A DNA stretch of 32,000 nt from Alphaproteobacteria bacterium (lineage in GTDB: Bacteria; Pseudomonadota; Alphaproteobacteria; CAAHEQ01; UBA3637). Each line of letters starts with the position of its first letter. Within the stretch, counting starts at the first letter, position 1. The notes beneath the pieces are model-generated. The model saw only the letters and a program-made list of their open reading frames with translations. It made no database searches and had not been told where the DNA came from. The stretch is taken from positions 35,932-67,931 of the forward strand of contig JAZUQR010000008.1 of assembly GCA_045605805.1 (NCBI GenBank). Reading direction: 5' to 3'. Positions 15,985 to 22,875 of the stretch are shown here, one piece after another. A program made the position numbers and the translations under genes.

Positions 15985-17934
15985 ATGGACTTTACGTTTT
16001 TGAAGGAAGATCAGATATGGGGCGATGGTGCCCTAGATGTAATGAAGCGTTATGGCACGAAGGTTGCGCCAACGGATCTGACAGTCATATTGGGTGGTTA
16101 TATGACTGGTGGAGGTGATCGTACTTCTGAAGATGATCTAACTTGTGCCTCTTGGTCCGCGTCTTCAGATGGACATGGAGGCGTGCGTTGCGTCCGCTGT
16201 GAGGGCGATGAGCACTGGGGTGGCACGCATGGACGTGTGATCTCGGCGCGCCCCGCTTTGCCTCCATCGGAGGCATCTAAAATCAGCCCGAGCGAAGCGA
16301 GAGCTATCGCTGGAATCCGCGTAGCGGAATATGGGGAATACCCGCAAACGGTCGCCGATGAACGCACCAGCGAGAAATTAGAAAGATTACATGATTCAAG
16401 ATCTCTCCGTCCGACCGGAAAAAATTACACATTTGATTCAGTTGGTTTAACCGATTATGACACGTCTTTTAAGGCCACATCCTATCAGGAATATGAAATG
16501 GATGGCAAAAGGTATATCCGCGTTCCTGGACGGCCTGCTGACGACGATAGCAAACTATCTACTGGGGAACAGGTAGAGTCCGGAAAACCCTACTGGGTTG
16601 AGGTCCAACCGATAGAATGGCTGATGGATAGAAGCGGCACAATGGTCGCCAAAAAATGCTTATTCGCCGGTATTCAATTTGATACAAAGAGCTCATATGA
16701 CGGTGACTTCTCTAAAACGTCCATGAAACACTATTTGGACACTTATTTTGCCAAAGAAATGGAGCCAACCGGACGTGTGGCCGCAAGAACGGTATCAAGA
16801 GACTATGAAGAAGAGCCGGAAAGAAAAGAACCCGTTAAAAAGAAAGAACCGACAGCCAGACAGAAGAAATACGGGATCGAGGTATCTGATGAGCCTATGC
16901 CCGTCAAGGACCAAATAAACTTCTATATTCAAAACGGAATGAGCTTCATGCTCCATGGCCCGTCCGGTGTCGGTAAATCACAACGTGTGAAAGAAATTGA
17001 TCCGGATTTGACCTCAATTACGCTGTGTAACGGAATTTTGCCTGAAGATGTTATCGGTAAAACAATCTATCCAAACGGCGTGGGAGCCGATGGGGCCTCC
17101 GGTGGTGTTTGGGTGCCGCCTAAGTGGTACACGGATTTGTGCAGAAAATGCGAAACAGAACCGGACAAACAGCACGTCTTATTTATCGATGAAGTGACCA
17201 ATGCGCGTGAAACAACACAAAGTTTGATCTATCACGTAGCGTTGGAAAAATCAATTGCCCAGGGCGTTGGCAAACTGCCTAATAATGCTGTGGTCGTATT
17301 GGCCGGTAACAGCAAGGAAGAATCAGGAGCCGCTTATAACATGCCGGCCCCGTTGTTCAGACGTTTAAGCCATATTTACTTGGACTTGAATATTCAGGAT
17401 TGGTTGGAATGGGGCTCGGAACACAGCAAGAGCCATCCGGAAGATCCGGATCGCTTAAACATCCATCCATTAGTCGCCAGTTTTGTGGCAACCTACGGAC
17501 GGCAAGTGTTCTATTCCGAGTATGATGAAGAAAACCCCGGCAAGTTTGCACTTGACCCACGAAAATGGGAAAAAGTATCAGATAAAATCTACGCTAATAA
17601 GGGTATGATGCGCCGTGAGATTTTGGAAGCTGATATCGGGCCTGAGTTGGCGGCCAGTTTGTTGTCTTATGCTAAAAATCCGCCGCTATCCCTGGAAGAA
17701 GTGATTGAGGGCGAATATACCCGCGAGGATATTCCTACGGGACAGGATGCCCGTTTGGCGTTGGCGTTGAGTTTGCGTCATGCAACACCGAAACAAGTCG
17801 GGAAAGTACGTCAATTTGTTGAAACACAGTTAGGCGCAGAAAATCGTGCGATTTTTGACTCTGTTTGGGTGGGCAAGGATGATACACGCGCCATGCAGAT
17901 TGCCACTTTACATAACTTAAAGGGAGGAAGATAA
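15985..17934 (+). CDS. DGR target protein: N-terminal variable ligand-binding domain fused to a MoxR/AAA_5-like ATPase
   Basis: Strong RBS (AGGAGG). The VR occupies codons 53-92. A charged linker spans about aa 272-296. Walker A is GPSGVGKS (16957-16980), Walker B is VLFIDEV, sensor-1 is LAGN, followed by PLFRRL. The order and spacing of these motifs resemble MoxR/AAA_5 ATPases. Confidence 0.8.
   Translation: MDFTFLKEDQIWGDGALDVMKRYGTKVAPTDLTVILGGYMTGGGDRTSEDDLTCASWSASSDGHGGVRCVRCEGDEHWGGTHGRVISARPALPPSEASKISPSEARAIAGIRVAEYGEYPQTVADERTSEKLERLHDSRSLRPTGKNYTFDSVGLTDYDTSFKATSYQEYEMDGKRYIRVPGRPADDDSKLSTGEQVESGKPYWVEVQPIEWLMDRSGTMVAKKCLFAGIQFDTKSSYDGDFSKTSMKHYLDTYFAKEMEPTGRVAARTVSRDYEEEPERKEPVKKKEPTARQKKYGIEVSDEPMPVKDQINFYIQNGMSFMLHGPSGVGKSQRVKEIDPDLTSITLCNGILPEDVIGKTIYPNGVGADGASGGVWVPPKWYTDLCRKCETEPDKQHVLFIDEVTNARETTQSLIYHVALEKSIAQGVGKLPNNAVVVLAGNSKEESGAAYNMPAPLFRRLSHIYLDLNIQDWLEWGSEHSKSHPEDPDRLNIHPLVASFVATYGRQVFYSEYDEENPGKFALDPRKWEKVSDKIYANKGMMRREILEADIGPELAASLLSYAKNPPLSLEEVIEGEYTREDIPTGQDARLALALSLRHATPKQVGKVRQFVETQLGAENRAIFDSVWVGKDDTRAMQIATLHNLKGGR
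16142..16261 (+). repeat. DGR variable repeat (VR)
   Basis: Differs from the TR at 24 positions, all TR adenines (17 A->G, 6 A->C, 1 A->T). The other 83 positions are identical. It lies in frame inside the 649-aa target gene. Confidence 0.95.
16260..16274 (+). promoter_or_regulatory. Hairpin immediately 3' of the VR (candidate homing/target-recognition element)
   Basis: GCCTCC-ATC-GGAGGC, a perfect 6-bp stem with a 3-nt loop. It starts where TR/VR homology ends and is absent from the TR side. Confidence 0.6.
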
Positions 17935-17935
17935 A

Positions 17936-18400
17936 ATGTCATTAAAAGAAATACTCGAAAAAAGTCGGAAAAAACGCAAGAATGGCTTAGTCATTGGGCC
18001 TGATATAGGATGGCTTGGTCCGAAACCCGCCCGAACAAAAGCCGAAAAGATTAATCAAATCAAAACGGAATTTATTGATGATAGAGCTTTGTTGATTGTC
18101 GGAGCTAAAGCATCCGATTTTGCAGAATATCCGAAGATAGAGGCTGATATCTCAGTTCAACGTTTGATTCAATATATGGATACGTTTGAAAAAACGGAAG
18201 ATCATAAAGGTTTCTTGGTCATTGATGGGTTAGACAATATACCTGAATCTGAACAGGAAAAGTTTGTCCCCTTGTTAAAAGATCGGCAGATTTTATCCAG
18301 TAAGCTGCCAAATGAAGTTCAAATTTTGGTTCCTGTGAAAAAAATTGAAGACATTTCAAAAAGGATAAAATCTCTGATATTTCCTCTGAAGGTGGTATAA
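17936..18400 (+). CDS. Hypothetical protein, operon partner of the ATPase and VWA genes
   Basis: 154 aa. It starts 2 nt after the ATPase stop and ends in a TAATG overlap with the VWA gene. Apart from a Walker-B-like FLVIDGLD, I found no motif. Confidence 0.5.
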   Translation: MSLKEILEKSRKKRKNGLVIGPDIGWLGPKPARTKAEKINQIKTEFIDDRALLIVGAKASDFAEYPKIEADISVQRLIQYMDTFEKTEDHKGFLVIDGLDNIPESEQEKFVPLLKDRQILSSKLPNEVQILVPVKKIEDISKRIKSLIFPLKVV

Positions 18401-20247
18401 TGATCAAAGATGTTTTAAAACAACAAGAAGAAATTCAATATATCAAGGAACAGGTTTTAGCCAAGTTTCCCTTACTTGGTGTGACGATGATGCCTTTGTC
18501 GGTTGTTCCTGATGATAGAATTGGGACAGCGGCCACGGATGGACATAAAATTATCTATTCTCCAAAGTTTTTTAACACCTTATCGGACGAACAAAAACAA
18601 TTTGTCTTTGCGCATGAAGTGATGCATGTCGCTTTTAACCATATTTTGCGCAGTAAGGGTCGTAATCAAAGATTGTGGAATATCGCAACCGATTCTGTTA
18701 TCAACCAAATCTTGAAAAATGAAAAATTGCCATTAGCGGAAGGTGGCGTTGATATTGCAGAAGCTGTCAATCATTCGGCCGAGGAAATGTACGAAAAACT
18801 TTTGAAAAAGAAAGAACAGCGCGATCAGGAAAAACAGCAAAATCAAGAGCAAGATCAACAGCAACAACAATCACAATCCGGTGGGACGGACCAGCCTCAG
18901 GATCAGGATGCACAAAATCAGCCTGAACAGGAACAACCTCAGGATCAAGACGGACAAAATCAATCCGGACAAGACCAGCCTCAGGATCAAGACGGGCAAA
19001 AGGGACAAGAACAATCCGATCAACAATCAGACGGTTCAGAAAATCAAGATGAACAAAACAAAAATTCATCAGAAGGCTCGGAAGGATCCGAACAACAGAA
19101 AGATCAATCTCAAGATGGTGATTCAAACTCTGAACAAAACAGTTCTTCCGGTCAGGGAGACGAAAATCAATCTGATTCAAATTCCGAACAATCAAGCGAC
19201 AATCAACAAGGATCCTCTAAACCTCAAAAAGGTGGTCAACGTTCGCAATCCGGTTCTTCCTCTCAATCAGAAGACACCGACTGGGATGACAGCAATATCG
19301 ATTGGGACAATGAAGATGAACAAGTAGGCCACGATACACATGATATTTGGAAAGAAGCAGTTGAGCAAGCAGAACGTGAAGAACAACGAAAACAGGAAGC
19401 ATCCAAAAAGAAAAGTTTATGGGATAAACTAAAAGAGAACATGGGGCAAAAAGAAGTTAAAGAGGATCAGCAAGGCGAACCTCAAGAAAAAGAAGCTCCT
19501 GTACCGCAAGATGAAAACATGGATGCGTATGAAAAAGGCTTCTTGGCAGAAAATCAAGAAAAACGTCATGAGATGGCCGAACAGGTGCGCGAACAATTAA
19601 ACAGGATAAAAGGAAGCCTCCGTCAATCAAATGATCATACCACAGTCGGGGATGTTGGGGAAACTCAAACGCCGGTGGTTGATTGGAAAAAAATGCTTAA
19701 AAAATCTTTTGATGAAGAGCGTGATCGTTGGTCCTATCGTCGTTCCGGTTCTGAAAACGACTATATGGCTCGGGTAGAAGAATTGGAAGATGAAGGCCGT
19801 CCGGATACTGAGGTTATGTTGGATGTCAGCGGTTCTGTAAATATCCGCTTGTTACGTGAATTTTTAAGACAACTTAAACCGTTACTTAAATCCTCTAAAT
19901 TAAAGGTCGGTTGCTTTGATGAGTTTGTTTATGATTTTAAAGAAATAAAGACAAAAGAAGATATTGATCATTTTCAAATTACGGCAACATCTCAATGGAC
20001 TGAAAACTGGGATGCGGCTGTCCGGGCATTTTCTAAGAAAAAAGAAGTGAATAAAATTATTTTTACAGACGGATATCCATGCCCAGGAACAATGCCTAAA
20101 GAAGATTTAAAGGGTAAGAATGTTATTTGGATAGTTTATGGAAATAAAGATTTTAATCCATGCTGTGGTAAAGTCATCCAGGTTTCTGAACGACAACTTC
20201 AGTCGTATATTCAGACGGCCGCTCCACTTTCTAGAGGTGGAAGATAA
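18400..20247 (+). CDS. Putative HExxH metallopeptidase / VWA-domain protein (DUF2201-like) with a long disordered linker
   Basis: N-terminal HEVMHVAFNH motif (18613-). About 170 aa of Q/D/E/S/G-rich low complexity. The C-terminal domain has a MIDAS-like DVSGS (19822-19836). AAA_5/MoxR ATPases are commonly partnered with VWA proteins. Confidence 0.7.
   Translation: MIKDVLKQQEEIQYIKEQVLAKFPLLGVTMMPLSVVPDDRIGTAATDGHKIIYSPKFFNTLSDEQKQFVFAHEVMHVAFNHILRSKGRNQRLWNIATDSVINQILKNEKLPLAEGGVDIAEAVNHSAEEMYEKLLKKKEQRDQEKQQNQEQDQQQQQSQSGGTDQPQDQDAQNQPEQEQPQDQDGQNQSGQDQPQDQDGQKGQEQSDQQSDGSENQDEQNKNSSEGSEGSEQQKDQSQDGDSNSEQNSSSGQGDENQSDSNSEQSSDNQQGSSKPQKGGQRSQSGSSSQSEDTDWDDSNIDWDNEDEQVGHDTHDIWKEAVEQAEREEQRKQEASKKKSLWDKLKENMGQKEVKEDQQGEPQEKEAPVPQDENMDAYEKGFLAENQEKRHEMAEQVREQLNRIKGSLRQSNDHTTVGDVGETQTPVVDWKKMLKKSFDEERDRWSYRRSGSENDYMARVEELEDEGRPDTEVMLDVSGSVNIRLLREFLRQLKPLLKSSKLKVGCFDEFVYDFKEIKTKEDIDHFQITATSQWTENWDAAVRAFSKKKEVNKIIFTDGYPCPGTMPKEDLKGKNVIWIVYGNKDFNPCCGKVIQVSERQLQSYIQTAAPLSRGGR
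18817..19330 (+). repeat. Low-complexity Gln/Asp/Glu/Ser-rich coding tract with degenerate QPQDQDGQNQ repeats
   Basis: Repeated cagcctcaggatca(a/g)ga(c/t)g(g/c)acaaaa units. The tract creates spurious ORFs at 18881-19327 (+) and 18767-19195 (-). Confidence 0.8.
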
Positions 20248-20256
20248 GGTACAACG

Positions 20257-20277
20257 CCATTCTTAGGCGATGAATGG
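20257..20277. terminator. Possible hairpin between the convergent operons
   Basis: CCATTC (20257-62) / GAATGG (20272-77) with a 9-nt loop and no clear U-tract. Weak call. Confidence 0.25.
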
Positions 20278-20289
20278 GAAAGTGTTAAA

Positions 20290-22872
20290 TTAATATAAAT
20301 TAGCCTCAAAAATTTGATAAAGGTCAAATTCTATACCGTCAACGCCTCTGATGAGGTCTATTTCATCTTCGGCGGCGACATCAATTCGGGCCTGATCTAA
20401 AAACAAGCCTTCTTCTTTTCGTTTAAGCTCTTTTTCAGCGACATTCAGCTGTTTTTGAATTCTTAATTCCGTGAGCCGGTCTGAAGCGGAGGATATTGTC
20501 TCACGAATTTTTTTAACCTCTTGCCTTGCTTCTGAAATGTTTTGCTCTAGGACAGATTTTTGGCGGCTGGCTTTTATTTTAATTAAATCAACATCCGTAT
20601 CAAACTTTTTGGTATAATCATTTACATAACGTTCCTTAAGGTCGCGCTGGATGCGTGTATCTAACAAATCTCGCGATGAACCGCCAGTCGTTTTTAGCCA
20701 ATACGGATTCCTCTTTTCTTCAGCTATAAATTCACTAACCGGTTGATTGATAATTTTTTGGCATTCCTCATCAGTCATGAGCCGTCCATCAGGTGTCGTA
20801 CCAACCAAAATGTCATACTCTGATAAATACTGCCGGCGGCGATTACGTAAGACGATGTTATAGAACTTTATATTGCATTTTTCTGTTGGCTCAACGGTTT
20901 TAATGTCCGCTTTGTCAGAGCATGATATTTCTTGTAAAATACCACGAACAAGCACGGATGTTAAAGTGATGCGCCCTGCGACCGGCTTAAAATCTTTACT
21001 CATTCCATAAGTCCTGCGACCGGTGTATGGCACATTTCTTGTGCCGGTGTAATAGTAAAACATGTGCGGCAATTCTTCATCGTCCGGTAAAGTCAGCGTT
21101 TGATTGAAGTCATCGATCACATATTCCGGATGCTTTGTCGCAAAATAAAACTTCACAACTTCCCATAAATCTTTATTCAAGAACTCCGCTTGTTCCTCTA
21201 TGTATTTCGGCGAAACGGACACTTTCTCGGCAATATCTTTGGTAAAAGTGGTAAAGAGAGAACTTTCAGCCGCTGAAACAATGCGCTCATTCGGTTCGCG
21301 GTTTACTTCCAAGTTTGTTTCCATATCTGCGCGTATATCACTAAGCGTGCGGCGTTTTTGCAAAACATCTTCCAGTTTAACATCAAAATTACCGACAATA
21401 TCGTCCGACATACCAAAAATGCCTTCAAATTGCAGGGTACGCTTGTTTATCAGCTCCAAAATACGGACATCCGAGATATTTTCTTTGCTTAAAAGATTGA
21501 TAACTAAAACATCGGATTGCTGGCCTTGTCGGTGGCAACGACAGATACGCTGTTCCATTTCCACGGCGTTATAAAGTAAATCATAGTTAACCACAACTGG
21601 ACAATATTCAATATCCAAGCCTTTGGCCATAGCATCACTACAAATTAAAATTTGCAAATCTTTTTCTGCCCGAAAACGTGGCAGAGCATCATTTTCTGTA
21701 TGCTTGATGACATTATATCCGGCGGTTTTAAGCAAATTTGCCAAAACTGGCACGGTGGCAAGATTATCCACGAACACAATCGCTTTTTGTGTTTCTTTAC
21801 GCAATTTTAAGTGTGCAAATGTCGTTTTAATAGCTTTTAGAAATTCTTCCATTTTGGCGGTTTGCGTAATTTTTGCCGCCATATCGCGCATTGATTCCAA
21901 AATAACACGTTCATCGCCTTGTGTTCGCTCAATAGGTGCTTCCAACATTGTGGCAAATGCTTGTGGTGATGAGGCCAAAATGTGGTAAAACATCAAAGTC
22001 AGTTGATAATTATCCATTTGCGGATAAGCCTGCTTTTCAGCTAAATTTAAGTATTTTTCGGTTAAATCATAAATTTTCTTTTCATCATCTTTTGGTACGT
22101 AGTTCAAAACAATCGGTAAGCGACGTGTAAAGTTTACATACTGGCTCGCTTGGCTTTTAAGGGTACGAAAAGCGAATTGTGATACCCAATTTGATAGTTC
22201 TGGATAGTTTTCGGGCTTTCTGAAATACCGGCGATAAAAACTGTCAGGATCCGGCAGAACGCTTTCATCAATAAAATGTATCAATCCGTAAATATCCATG
22301 ATACTCATTGTGATCGGCGTTGGCGTTAAAAGCAGTTTGAAAGCATCGCCGACAGCACCCTTAATGGTTGCAACTGATTTATTGTCCGGCTTAAAAAGAA
22401 AATCAGCCTCATCAAACACGGCCAAATCCCAACGAATGCTTTTGACTTTTTCTGCCTCACGGATAACATCATCGTATGTGACAAGGCAAATACCTTTACT
22501 ATCGGCAGTATATTCGGCCCATTTGATAACCGGCAAGGTGAACTCTTCATCAAGTTTTTGTTGCCATTGTGCCATAAGGTTTTGGGGTAAAACAACCAAT
22601 ATATGTTCTTTTCCCTCGTACCAACGTTGAACTACTACAAGCAAAGCCTCATAAGTTTTACCGAGTGAGCCTTCATCACATAAAATGCAACCTTTAATCA
22701 ACCTAGATCGCAGGGCAAAACGGGCCGCGGCTATTTGATAAGGTAATACTTTAATTTTTGAAGAAGCATAAACCGCCAGTAAATTATCGTCATCGCGAAA
22801 ACTGGCCAATCGTCTGGCTTCCACCATAGCGGCAAATTCGGATACAAAACGATACGGCTTAGTCTCTTCCAT
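20290..22872 (-). CDS. SNF2-family helicase-like ATPase with a C-terminal coiled-coil extension
   Basis: Motif I is LCDEGSLGKT and motif II is VFDEADFL. The helicase-C block is ...DAMAKGLDIEYCPVVVNYDLLYNAVEMEQRICRCHRQGQ. The start lies 3 nt after the res stop. Confidence 0.8.
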   Translation of the reverse strand: MEETKPYRFVSEFAAMVEARRLASFRDDDNLLAVYASSKIKVLPYQIAAARFALRSRLIKGCILCDEGSLGKTYEALLVVVQRWYEGKEHILVVLPQNLMAQWQQKLDEEFTLPVIKWAEYTADSKGICLVTYDDVIREAEKVKSIRWDLAVFDEADFLFKPDNKSVATIKGAVGDAFKLLLTPTPITMSIMDIYGLIHFIDESVLPDPDSFYRRYFRKPENYPELSNWVSQFAFRTLKSQASQYVNFTRRLPIVLNYVPKDDEKKIYDLTEKYLNLAEKQAYPQMDNYQLTLMFYHILASSPQAFATMLEAPIERTQGDERVILESMRDMAAKITQTAKMEEFLKAIKTTFAHLKLRKETQKAIVFVDNLATVPVLANLLKTAGYNVIKHTENDALPRFRAEKDLQILICSDAMAKGLDIEYCPVVVNYDLLYNAVEMEQRICRCHRQGQQSDVLVINLLSKENISDVRILELINKRTLQFEGIFGMSDDIVGNFDVKLEDVLQKRRTLSDIRADMETNLEVNREPNERIVSAAESSLFTTFTKDIAEKVSVSPKYIEEQAEFLNKDLWEVVKFYFATKHPEYVIDDFNQTLTLPDDEELPHMFYYYTGTRNVPYTGRRTYGMSKDFKPVAGRITLTSVLVRGILQEISCSDKADIKTVEPTEKCNIKFYNIVLRNRRRQYLSEYDILVGTTPDGRLMTDEECQKIINQPVSEFIAEEKRNPYWLKTTGGSSRDLLDTRIQRDLKERYVNDYTKKFDTDVDLIKIKASRQKSVLEQNISEARQEVKKIRETISSASDRLTELRIQKQLNVAEKELKRKEEGLFLDQARIDVAAEDEIDLIRGVDGIEFDLYQIFEANLY

Positions 22873-22875
22873 AAT

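Noticed and set aside
16085-16367. Three minus-strand ORFs (16085-16276, 16098-16367, 16165-16347) over the VR
   Set aside because: They are caused by the locally G+C-rich, stop-poor VR region created by A->G/C substitutions. They are antisense to a well-supported gene and have no RBS.
18767-19327. ORFs 18881-19327 (+) and 18767-19195 (-) inside the VWA gene
   Set aside because: They are low-complexity translations (K/N/R-rich or repetitive) of the Gln/Asp-rich repeat tract, in alternative frames of a gene with clear domain motifs on either side.
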